Below are positions 1 to 7,554 of a DNA stretch of 64,000 bases, piece after piece. Each line of letters begins with the position of its first letter. Position 1 is the first letter of the stretch. The DNA comes from Vicinamibacterales bacterium (GTDB lineage: Bacteria > Acidobacteriota > Vicinamibacteria > Vicinamibacterales > CAVVIG01). The notes under the pieces were generated by a model. The model saw nothing but the letters and a program-made list of their open reading frames with translations. It was not told where the DNA came from and searched no databases. The position numbers and the translations under genes were made by a program. Location: NCBI GenBank assembly GCA_035650895.1, contig DASRGT010000017.1, forward strand, positions 25,130 to 89,129, written 5' to 3'.

Positions 1-874
1 AGTACTGGCGGTCGTTGATCGGCGGCAGCGCCTGCTCGGCGGTCGTCGTCGCGATCTCCTGGACGATGCCGTTGCGATCGGCGTGGAACAGCGTGACGAA
101 CCCGGGGTAGATCTGGCGATCGCGCGCGACGAGCAGGCGGCGGTCGGCGGCCGTGAGCCGATCGTTCGACATCGCGAGCGCGAGCGACTCCACCGCCTGC
201 GCGTGCGACGTGACGTACGACGTGATGTGCTCGGCCAGCGCCGTGACCGCTTCGTGGAGGCGGGCGGCGCCGGCCGCTTCCTGGCGCGTGGCGATCGCCT
301 GGTTGTCGAGCGCGGCGAGCAGCAGCACGGGCAGCATCGCCACGAGCACGAAGGCGTGGAAGGCGTAGCTCCGCAGCCGCATCCGCTCGGGACGCCAGCC
401 GGTCGTCACGCGGACGCGCGGCGCGAGGACGATCGAGATCAGCTCGGCGATCACGACGGCGACGAGCGAGTTGAGCAGCAGCTGGAGCGCGAGCGGCCAC
501 GCCGTGGACCGCCGCACGTCGAGGCCGATGAACGACGGCGCGACGATCAGCAGCAGGGCGACCGACGCCCAGACCATGGCGCCGGCGACGAGCGGCGACT
601 TGCCGCGCCTCGCGAACACGCCGACGACGATCGCCTCGATCGTCAGGACCGCCAGCGCCGGGCCGGCCGGGACCGTCGTGCGCAGGACCGCGGCGCCGGC
701 GACGATCGCCGAGACGACGCCGAGCGCGGGGCCGGACATGATCGCGATGGGCAGCGTCACGACGCGGCCGAGCAGCATCGGCGCGATCGCGACGCCGGAC
801 ACGACGTTGATCGCGAAGCCGACGGCGCCGCACAGCACGGCGACGCCGAGCGGCCGGAGTCCCGAGTTGTTCAT
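1..874 (-). CDS. Membrane-bound sensor protein, N-terminal part (continues beyond the window start)
   Basis: Absent from the ORF track because no stop lies in the window. Reverse-strand ATG at 874..872 opens MNNSGLRPLGVAVLCGAVGFAINVV... with about 6 hydrophobic helices, then a Cache-like segment (..RQIYPGFVTLFHADRNGIV..). Divergent from a response regulator. Confidence 0.5.
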   Translation of the reverse strand, partial: MNNSGLRPLGVAVLCGAVGFAINVVSGVAIAPMLLGRVVTLPIAIMSGPALGVVSAIVAGAAVLRTTVPAGPALAVLTIEAIVVGVFARRGKSPLVAGAMVWASVALLLIVAPSFIGLDVRRSTAWPLALQLLLNSLVAVVIAELISIVLAPRVRVTTGWRPERMRLRSYAFHAFVLVAMLPVLLLAALDNQAIATRQEAAGAARLHEAVTALAEHITSYVTSHAQAVESLALAMSNDRLTAADRRLLVARDRQIYPGFVTLFHADRNGIVQEIATTTAEQALPPINDRQY

Positions 875-907
875 GCGTGGAGCGCACATTGTATACTTCG
901 CGCACCG

Positions 908-1534
908 ATGCACGTACTGATCGCCGAGGACGATCGCGCCACCGGCCAGATCCTCGCGCGCACGCTGCAGCGTCTCGACCACGAGACGACCGTGGTCTTC
1001 GACGGCGCGCAGGCGTGGGAACATCTGCGCACGGCGACGGCGCCGACGCTGGCGATCCTCGATTGGATGATGCCCGAGCTCGACGGCCCCGACGTGTGCC
1101 GCAAGGTGCGCGCGGAGCTGCCCGAGGCGAACATGTACCTGCTGCTCGTGACGGCACGCGAAAGCCGCGGCGACGTCATCGCCGGTCTCGACTCGGGCGC
1201 GGACGACTACATCATCAAGCCGTTCGATCCGGACGAACTGCGCGCGCGCGTCGCGGTCGGCGTGCGCGTCCTGGCGCTGCAGCAGAAGCTCGCCGAGCGC
1301 GTCGCGGAGCTACAGACCGCGCTGTCCAACGTCAAGCAGCTGCGCGGCCTGCTGCCGATCTGCAGCTACTGCAAGCGGATTCGCGGCGACGATCAGTACT
1401 GGCAGCAGGTCGAAGGCTACATCGCCGAACATTCCGATGCGCAGTTCAGCCACGGCATCTGTCCGAGCTGCTACGAAACGATCTCGGCCGAGCTCGACGC
1501 GGTGGCGAGGAACAAAGCCCGGATTCAGAAGTAA
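908..1534 (+). CDS. Response regulator: receiver domain + coiled linker + C-terminal Cys/His-rich motif, with no known output domain
   Basis: C-terminal 208 aa of ORF 83..1534, ATG at 908. REC signatures: AEDD, ILDWMMP (phospho-Asp), LVTA, IIKP. Tail: LPICSYCKRIRGDDQYWQQVEGYIAEHSDAQFSHGICPSC. Confidence 0.85.
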   Translation: MHVLIAEDDRATGQILARTLQRLDHETTVVFDGAQAWEHLRTATAPTLAILDWMMPELDGPDVCRKVRAELPEANMYLLLVTARESRGDVIAGLDSGADDYIIKPFDPDELRARVAVGVRVLALQQKLAERVAELQTALSNVKQLRGLLPICSYCKRIRGDDQYWQQVEGYIAEHSDAQFSHGICPSCYETISAELDAVARNKARIQK

Positions 1535-1550
1535 GAGCCGGCCCCGAGCT

Positions 1551-2771
1551 CTACCCGATCCGCCACGGGGAGAACCCCCAGCCGCGCATCGCGTCGATCG
1601 CCCACGCGCTGGTCTTGTCCTTGTGACACGACGTGCAGGGGTTGGGCACCGTCATCCGCTCCGTCGCGCCCGGCGTGATGAATCGGAACGTGTGCGCGCG
1701 GACGTTGATGTCCGCGATCGTCTGCTCGATCTGCGGCATGTGGCAGGCGACGCACTGGCTGCCGGCCGATCCCGCGGCGTGATGCGTGTGCTGCTCGATC
1801 GTCGCCGCGTGCGGACCGTTCGGCGACTTCGGTCCGTGGCACTGCAGGCAGACGCGATCGGCGGGCGCGCGCAGGTCGGCGTTGTTCGCCGTTCCGTGGA
1901 CGTCGTGGCAGTTGAAGCAGGTGACGCCCCGCTCGTACATCCGGCTCGAGGAGAAGTCGTTCCCTTGCATTCGGTTCTTGTGGGCCGTGCCGTCGGCGAA
2001 ATACAGGAAGTCCTGCTTCCCGAGCTCGGGCGGATCGAGGCGCCAGTAGTCGCTCAGGCGCGAAGTGGGCGTCACCTCGAATCCGACCGCCCAGTCGTAA
2101 TAGCGCCCCTCGATCGGGTTCTTCAGCGGCTGCCCCTGCGAGTGGCACTGGATGCACACGTCGTTGGCGCGCACCGGATCGAGCCGGGCCGGGTTGACGA
2201 TGTTCGCGCGCGTCGGCGTCGCGACATGGTCGGCGCCGGGGCCGTGGCACTTCTCGCAGCCGACGTTCCACTCCGACGGCGTCTTCGTCCGCACGTCGTA
2301 GTTGATCGAGTGGCAGCCGTCGCACGTCGGCCCGGTCGGCCGCTGCATGTTGTCGTCGGGGTAGTGCGCCACCCACCAGTCGGTGTTCGGCGCAACCTTG
2401 TACGGCCGCCAGATCCGGTGCGCGACGTCCCACTGCGCGCCCAGCGGGAAATAGTCGTCGCCCACCTTCGTGAAGTAGCGCTGCTTCCACTTGCTGCCGT
2501 AGACGAACGCGACGTCCGCCGCCGTGAACGTGACGAGCGGATCGGGCTTCGACAGGTCCGGCAGAATCGCGTCGGGATGCGTCTTCGGGTCGCGGACGAC
2601 GTTCGCCATCCGCGTCTTCGTCCAGCGGCTGTACTGATCGGCGTGGCAGCTCCGGCACTGTGCCGATCCGACGTACCGGTTGGCGGCGGGCGCCGCCGGC
2701 GCCTGCGCCCACAGGACCGCCGCGCACCACGGCACAACGCCGAGCGCCAGGACCGTCAGCGATCGACCCAT
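1551..2771 (-). CDS. Exported multihaem c-type cytochrome (8 CxxCH motifs)
   Basis: ORF 1551..2771. Signal peptide MGRSLTVLALGVVPWCAAVLWAQA. Haem motifs: CRSCH, CDGCH, CEKCH, CIQCH, CFNCH, CLQCH, CVACH, CTSCH. Confidence 0.85.
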   Translation of the reverse strand: MGRSLTVLALGVVPWCAAVLWAQAPAAPAANRYVGSAQCRSCHADQYSRWTKTRMANVVRDPKTHPDAILPDLSKPDPLVTFTAADVAFVYGSKWKQRYFTKVGDDYFPLGAQWDVAHRIWRPYKVAPNTDWWVAHYPDDNMQRPTGPTCDGCHSINYDVRTKTPSEWNVGCEKCHGPGADHVATPTRANIVNPARLDPVRANDVCIQCHSQGQPLKNPIEGRYYDWAVGFEVTPTSRLSDYWRLDPPELGKQDFLYFADGTAHKNRMQGNDFSSSRMYERGVTCFNCHDVHGTANNADLRAPADRVCLQCHGPKSPNGPHAATIEQHTHHAAGSAGSQCVACHMPQIEQTIADINVRAHTFRFITPGATERMTVPNPCTSCHKDKTSAWAIDAMRGWGFSPWRIG

Positions 2772-2777
2772 GGCGAG

Positions 2778-3617
2778 CTACTTCCCGGCCGCGACCTGGT
2801 CGACGATGCGCCGCGCGATCGGCAGGCTGACGCCGCAGGTGGGATCGTCGACGCGGCACCGTGCGATCGTCAGATCGCAGCCGCACGTGCACGACTCGGC
2901 GTTCAGCTTCTCGAGCGTCTGCCGCCGCTTCGCGGGCGGCAGTCTGGCCAGATCGACGCCCGGAATCTCGAGCGCCTGCGCGTTCGGCCCGAGCTCCAGC
3001 TTCTGCGTCTGCTCGACCTGCTCGATCCGCGCGTTGACCGGCAGGCCCGCCAGCGCGCGCGTTTCCTGCTCGGTCGTCGCGGCGTTCAGCATGCCGACGT
3101 GCTTCTGCACGATGCGCCCCTCGCGGTCGATCACGAACGAGGTCGGCAGCGCCGCGATCCCCGGGAACAGCTTCTCGAGCTCGGGCGACGTCATCGCGAT
3201 CGGGTAGTTCATGTGGTGGTCGGCGGCGTATTTCCGCACGACCGGCGGACCGTCTTCGTCCTCGGAGATGCCGATGATCTGCAGCTGGTCGCGGTACTTC
3301 TCCTGCAGCGCGATCAGATCGGGAATCTCCGCGCGGCAGGGCGGACACCACGTCGCCCAGAAGTTCACGATGGTGACCTTGCCCTTGAACGTGTCGAGCG
3401 AGATCTCGCGGTCGTCGATCGTCCGGACGGTGAACGGCTTCGCCGCCGCGGGGTTCTTGAAGAACCGCAGCGTGCCCGACGACGTGGCCGCCGCGCTTCC
3501 CGGTTCGGCGGCCGCCGCAACGCCGTCGCCGGCGTGCTGGAACTGCCGCTCGGCCAGCCACACGGCGGCGACGACGATCAGCACGACACCGATGGCGAGC
3601 GCGCGGCGCGGGGTCAT
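2778..3617 (-). CDS. TlpA/ResA-like thiol:disulfide oxidoreductase with a Cys-rich C-terminal extension
   Basis: Internal ATG (MTPRRALAIGVVLIVVAAV, membrane anchor) of ORF 2778..3821. Thioredoxin motif FWATWCPPC. Tail contains CTCGC..C..C. Only 6 nt upstream of the cytochrome gene. Confidence 0.85.
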   Translation of the reverse strand: MTPRRALAIGVVLIVVAAVWLAERQFQHAGDGVAAAAEPGSAAATSSGTLRFFKNPAAAKPFTVRTIDDREISLDTFKGKVTIVNFWATWCPPCRAEIPDLIALQEKYRDQLQIIGISEDEDGPPVVRKYAADHHMNYPIAMTSPELEKLFPGIAALPTSFVIDREGRIVQKHVGMLNAATTEQETRALAGLPVNARIEQVEQTQKLELGPNAQALEIPGVDLARLPPAKRRQTLEKLNAESCTCGCDLTIARCRVDDPTCGVSLPIARRIVDQVAAGK

Positions 3618-3643
3618 CAACCTCACCAGTGTAAGCTGAAGCC

Positions 3644-4303
3644 GTGCGGAATCAAACGGTTGCCACCCTGATGGCCGGCGCGATCCTTCTCGCGAGCTCG
3701 TGCGCGAAATCGGAGCCCGCGCCCGCGGCCACCTCGGCGGCGCCGGCGGCCACCGCGGCGCCCGCTCGGCCTGCGCCGGCGGCGCCCGGCACCGTGACCG
3801 GAAAAGTGCCCGGTTTTGCACCCGGCGCGTTCGCCATCGTCGTGCTCGAGCCGAAGACGCCGCGCGAGTTCCCGGCGTTGACCGAAACGCCCGTGATGGA
3901 TCAGGTGGGCCAGACCTTCTCCCCGGCCGTGCTGTTCGTCCGCACCGGCCAGCCCGTCGAGTTCCGCAACAGCGACGACACGCTCCACAACGTGCACGTC
4001 ACCAACGAAGACACGCGCGAGGGGGCGTTCAACGTCGCGATTCCAACCGAGAACACGTACAGCTACATCTTCGAGCAGGACGGCTTCTATCACGTCGGCT
4101 GCGACATCCATCCCGCGATGTCGGCGGAGATCATCTCGACGACGACGCCGTTTGCGACGATGGCGTCGGCCGACGGGAGCTACGAGTTCGACGACGTGCC
4201 GCCGGGATCGTACCGGCTGACGATCTACTCGGGCGGCGCGAAAACGCAGTCGGACGTCGACGTCACAGCGTCGCCGCCACGAGGAACGCCCAGCCCAGAA
4301 TGA
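3644..4303 (+). CDS. Cupredoxin (type-1 copper) lipoprotein with a C-terminal carboxypeptidase-regulatory-like beta-sandwich
   Basis: GTG start. Lipobox LLASSC. Type-1 Cu ligands: LHNVH and GCDIHPAM (C-x2-H-x2-M). Tail: DGSYEFDDVPPGSYRLTIY. Confidence 0.75.
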   Translation: MRNQTVATLMAGAILLASSCAKSEPAPAATSAAPAATAAPARPAPAAPGTVTGKVPGFAPGAFAIVVLEPKTPREFPALTETPVMDQVGQTFSPAVLFVRTGQPVEFRNSDDTLHNVHVTNEDTREGAFNVAIPTENTYSYIFEQDGFYHVGCDIHPAMSAEIISTTTPFATMASADGSYEFDDVPPGSYRLTIYSGGAKTQSDVDVTASPPRGTPSPE

Positions 4304-4625
4304 ATGCCACGCCGCCGAGCGGCGTGATCGCGCCCAGCGTCCGGACGCCCGTGAGCGCCAGCAGGTACAGGCTGCCGGAGAAGAGCAGGATGCCGACGGT
4401 GAAGCTCCAGCCGGCGGCGTGGAACAGCCAGCCGTCGAAGCGCGCCATCAACGCGGCCAGCGCGATCAGCGCCAGCGCGTGGTACATCTGGTATCGCACG
4501 CCCGTTTCGAAGACCGCCAGCATGTCGGGCGACAGCCGCGCCCGCAGGGCGTGCGCCCCGAACGCGCCGAAGCCGACGCCCACGCCGGCGGCGAGCGAAC
4601 CGATGAAGAGAAATGTGCGAGCCAT
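4263..4625 (-). CDS. DUF423 (YgdD-like) small membrane protein
   Basis: C-terminal 120 aa of ORF 4263..5240 from MARTFLFIGSLAAGVGVGFGAFGAHAL. Four hydrophobic helices. Its start shares one base with the upstream stop (TGATG). Confidence 0.75.
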   Translation of the reverse strand: MARTFLFIGSLAAGVGVGFGAFGAHALRARLSPDMLAVFETGVRYQMYHALALIALAALMARFDGWLFHAAGWSFTVGILLFSGSLYLLALTGVRTLGAITPLGGVAFILGWAFLVAATL

Positions 4626-5266
4626 CAGCGCCTCGGCACGAACCGCGCGAGCGCACCCTCGTCGGTCTGCGTGTTGACGATCTCGAACCCGTAGCCGTCC
4701 TCGGCGCGCGTCGTGCGGACGGTCAGGCTCGTGTTGACGTCCCAGTCCTGTGCCTGAAATCGATCGCGGGGGTGGATCTCCCAGCGCGAGCCGTCTTCGA
4801 GCATCAGAAAGCGTCCGTCGCCGCTCACGTCGCGCAGCAGATGCCCGCCGCCGAGCGCGGCATACGTCGTCGCGCCGGCGGTCGGCGACGCGGCCTTCGG
4901 CGTCTTCTTCGTGAGGCGCAGCTTGTGCTCGGCGCCGTTCGCGTCGCGCACGTACACGGTGTTCTTCTCGACGGCGAAGGTGACCGCGGCGCCGATCTCC
5001 GCGTCGATCGAGCGGCGCGTGATCGGCACGGTGTCGCGCAGCACGTAGGTGGCCTCGTCCGTGTCGATCGTGAAGACGCGCACGTCGGCGAGCGCCCGCA
5101 TCTGCAGCCCGGCGTTCGGCGGACCGAAGCTGCTCTGGCCCGGACCGAAGTCCACGAGCTGGCGCGTCGTCGAGATGTCGGTCCACGTGCCGGTCTGCCA
5201 GTGGCGCTCCGCCGCGACGAGGGGGGCGGCAAGGAGACACGCGACCGTAAGGGCGATCGCACGCAC
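4625..5266 (-). CDS. Hypothetical exported protein
   Basis: ORF 4625..5266. Signal peptide MRAIALTVACLLAAPLVAA. No motif recognised. Confidence 0.6.
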   Translation of the reverse strand: MRAIALTVACLLAAPLVAAERHWQTGTWTDISTTRQLVDFGPGQSSFGPPNAGLQMRALADVRVFTIDTDEATYVLRDTVPITRRSIDAEIGAAVTFAVEKNTVYVRDANGAEHKLRLTKKTPKAASPTAGATTYAALGGGHLLRDVSGDGRFLMLEDGSRWEIHPRDRFQAQDWDVNTSLTVRTTRAEDGYGFEIVNTQTDEGALARFVPRR

Positions 5267-5312
5267 GCTCAGAGTGTACAGCGTGGGGCGGCGGGTGGTG
5301 CAGGTGTCGGGA

Positions 5313-5696
5313 TTACGCGCGGGAGAGGAGCCGCTCGGCGAGTTCGTGCAGGTCTTCGGTCCAGATCGGCTTGAAGCAGACGTCGGCCCCGAGGTCGGCG
5401 ATTTCGGTCAGCGCGTCCTCGGTCAGCGAGGCGTCGCCGGTGATGATCGTCACCGGGGTGCGCTCGTCGCGTTCCCGCAGGCGGTAGAGGAATCCCAGGC
5501 CGTTGACGAGCGGCATGCGCAGGTCGAGGATGATCGCGTCGGGACGGAACTCTTCGGTCTCGCGGAGGGCGTCCTGGGCGTTGCCGGCGGTGCGCACCTG
5601 ATGGCCCTCGAGGCGCAGAATCCCCGCGAACGTCTGCGTGACGCCCTCGTCATCGTCCACGATGAGGAGACGGCCGGGTCGGCTCATGACGATCAT
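5313..5696 (-). CDS. Single-domain (CheY-like) response regulator
   Basis: C-terminal part of ORF 5313..5867. LLIVDDDE, IILDLRMP, IITGD, CFKP. Start at MIVM (5696) or MSRP (5687). Confidence 0.8.
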   Translation of the reverse strand: MIVMSRPGRLLIVDDDEGVTQTFAGILRLEGHQVRTAGNAQDALRETEEFRPDAIILDLRMPLVNGLGFLYRLRERDERTPVTIITGDASLTEDALTEIADLGADVCFKPIWTEDLHELAERLLSRA

Positions 5697-5890
5697 GACG
5701 CGCACGCGACGGGTCGGGCGGTCACCGATTCGAGGAACAGCGCTTCGAGTTCCTGCTCGCGCTTCACGGCGTCGGCGGCCGTCGCAAAGTACTCGACGAT
5801 GGTCCCTCGCGGATGCACGACCGACAGCTTGAACGGTCCGCCGCTGGCGACGGTCACGATTTCCCACGTGACGCGCTCTGACCCCGCCAT
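5693..5890 (-). CDS. Small hypothetical protein (65 aa), translationally coupled to the CheY-like gene
   Basis: ATG at 5890 (MAGSERVTWEIVTVASGGPFKLSVVHPRGTIVEYF...). Its stop overlaps the downstream ATG (ATGA at 5693..5696). No known motif. Confidence 0.4.
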   Translation of the reverse strand: MAGSERVTWEIVTVASGGPFKLSVVHPRGTIVEYFATAADAVKREQELEALFLESVTARPVACAS

Positions 5891-5940
5891 GAAGAAGTTT
5901 GTCACATCTACTGCACAGGCAATGCCGGTACCCGCGGATT

Positions 5941-5958
5941 GTGTGCAGAATTGCACAC
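5941..5958. promoter_or_regulatory. Perfect inverted repeat GTGTGCA-GAAT-TGCACAC in a divergent intergenic region (candidate operator)
   Basis: Read directly. 7-bp arms with a 4-bp spacer, 51 bp from the minus-strand start at 5890 and 86 bp from the plus-strand start at 6044. Confidence 0.35.
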
Positions 5959-6012
5959 TCTGGCGCGACACCGTGTCCTGCTGAGGTACACGGGACTACA
6001 ACTCTGCAAGCG

Positions 6013-6037
6013 TATAATCGGCCGCATTTCGAAGGAG
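6013..6037 (+). promoter_or_regulatory. Consensus TATAAT box (6013..6018) and GAAGGAG Shine-Dalgarno (6031..6037) ahead of the MBL gene
   Basis: Both read directly. No convincing -35 hexamer at 17-18 bp spacing. Confidence 0.3.
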
Positions 6038-6043
6038 CTACAG

Positions 6044-6937
6044 ATGCAGCGATTCACCGCGCTGACGGCGCTCGTGGCGGCCGGCGCCCTGTCGGCGGCC
6101 ATCGGCGCACAACAGCAGCCGCCGCGACCCACGCTGCCGGATGCGCAGAAGGTCAGGGACACCCTGTGGGTAATCACCCAGTCGACGCCGGGCCCGGACT
6201 TCACCGGCGGCAACACCGGCATCTTCGTGACCGACACCGGCGTGGTCGTCGTCGACACGAAGCTCTCGGGGTACGGTCCGTCGATCCTGGAGAAAATCAG
6301 GAAGATCACGGACAAGCCGGTGACGACGATCATCAACACGCACACGCACGGCGATCACACCGGGAGCAACGAGGCGTTTCCCGCGACCGTCGACTTCGTC
6401 GCGCAGGAGAACACCAAGGCGAACATGGCGAAGATGCCGGCGTTCGCCGGCGACAGGGCGCGGTTCCTGCCGAAGCGCACCTACAAGGACAGGCTGACGC
6501 TCGGCAGCGGCAAGAACGAGATCGATCTCTACTACTTCGGTCCCGGCCACACCAACGGCGACACGTGGGTGGTGTACAAGTCGCTCCGCGTCCTGCTGAC
6601 GGGCGACATGTTCGCGTGGCGCGACGCGCCGACGATCGATCGGAACAACGGCGGCAGCGGCGTCGAGTACCCGAAGACGCTGGCGAAGGCGATCGCCGGC
6701 ATCAAGGACGTCGACACGGTGATCCCCGGCCATAGCCCGGTCACGACGCCGAAGGATCTGCAGCAGTATCAGCAGTTCATGGCCGAATGGATCGCCGCCG
6801 TGCAGCAGGCGAACGCCGCCGGCAAGAGCGCCGACGAGGCGGCGGCCTCCATCGATCTGACGTCGAAATACCCCGGCTACAAGAAGGAGCGCTACAAGAC
6901 CGCGATCGACGCCGTCTACGCAGAGCTCAAGAAGTGA
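6044..6937 (+). CDS. Exported MBL-fold metallo-hydrolase
   Basis: ATG 6044 within ORF 5939..6937, preceded by an SD. Signal peptide MQRFTALTALVAAGALSAAIGA. THTHGDHTG metal motif. Confidence 0.85.
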   Translation: MQRFTALTALVAAGALSAAIGAQQQPPRPTLPDAQKVRDTLWVITQSTPGPDFTGGNTGIFVTDTGVVVVDTKLSGYGPSILEKIRKITDKPVTTIINTHTHGDHTGSNEAFPATVDFVAQENTKANMAKMPAFAGDRARFLPKRTYKDRLTLGSGKNEIDLYYFGPGHTNGDTWVVYKSLRVLLTGDMFAWRDAPTIDRNNGGSGVEYPKTLAKAIAGIKDVDTVIPGHSPVTTPKDLQQYQQFMAEWIAAVQQANAAGKSADEAAASIDLTSKYPGYKKERYKTAIDAVYAELKK

Positions 6938-6958
6938 GAGGGAGCGTTCGGCTCCCTC
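6938..6958. terminator. Hairpin GAGGGAGC-gttcg-GCTCCCTC between convergent genes
   Basis: Perfect 8-bp stem directly after the TGA at 6935..6937 and before the minus-strand stop at 6963. No U-tract. Confidence 0.5.
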
Positions 6959-6962
6959 CTTC

Positions 6963-7532
6963 CTACTGCGGCCGCTTGAACCGGCCGACCAGAATCGCCT
7001 TGCCGAGAACGTGCCCGTCGATCGCCTTCAACACGTCGGCGCGCGTCGCGTCCGGCGTGAGATCGAGCTTCGTGTCGAGCGCGTAGAGCTCCCACGTGTA
7101 GTGATGGTTCGGGCCGACGGCCGGCGCGCCCGGCCCGAGAAAGCCCACGGCGCCGCGCTGGTTCTTGATCTGGATCGTCCCGTCCGCCAGCTTCGCGTCG
7201 GCCGGGACCGCCTCCGGCAGCTCGCGCGCCGTGCCCGGAATGTTGAAGGCCATCCAGTGGACCACGGTGTCGGTCTTGCGCTGCAGCGCCGTGTCCGGGT
7301 CGAGCATGTTCAGCACGAACGACTGCGTGCCGTCGGGCACGTTCGTCCATTCGAGCCTGGGCGAGACGGGATTCGGCACGGCCTGCGTGTACTTGCCGGG
7401 GATCTCGCCGCCGTCCTGGAACGCGGTCGTCGTCAGCGTGAGGCCCGGCCGCGGCGGCCCGCCGCGCTGCTGGGCGTGCATCGCCGTCGAGAGGAGCAAG
7501 AGGGCCGCGGCGATCGTCAGCATGATTTTCAT
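6963..7532 (-). CDS. YbhB/YbcL-family PEBP (Raf-kinase-inhibitor-like) protein, exported
   Basis: ORF 6963..7532. Signal peptide MKIMLTIAAALLLLSTAMHA. PEBP-like core ..VLNMLDPD..VHWMAFNIP..GPNHHYTWELYALD. Confidence 0.85.
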   Translation of the reverse strand: MKIMLTIAAALLLLSTAMHAQQRGGPPRPGLTLTTTAFQDGGEIPGKYTQAVPNPVSPRLEWTNVPDGTQSFVLNMLDPDTALQRKTDTVVHWMAFNIPGTARELPEAVPADAKLADGTIQIKNQRGAVGFLGPGAPAVGPNHHYTWELYALDTKLDLTPDATRADVLKAIDGHVLGKAILVGRFKRPQ

Positions 7533-7554
7533 CCGCGCATATTAAACTTCCGGC

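Noticed and set aside
83-907. The 275-aa N-terminal extension of ORF 83..1534, which would make a 483-aa response regulator.
   Set aside because: The extension is RDRH-rich nonsense. The reverse strand of the same DNA encodes a coherent multi-TM sensor N-terminus. The receiver domain begins cleanly at the ATG at 908.
5939-6043. The TTG-initiated 35-aa extension of the MBL hydrolase ORF.
   Set aside because: The ATG at 6044 is preceded by GAAGGAG at proper spacing and opens directly into a signal peptide. The extension would cover the inverted repeat and the TATAAT box.
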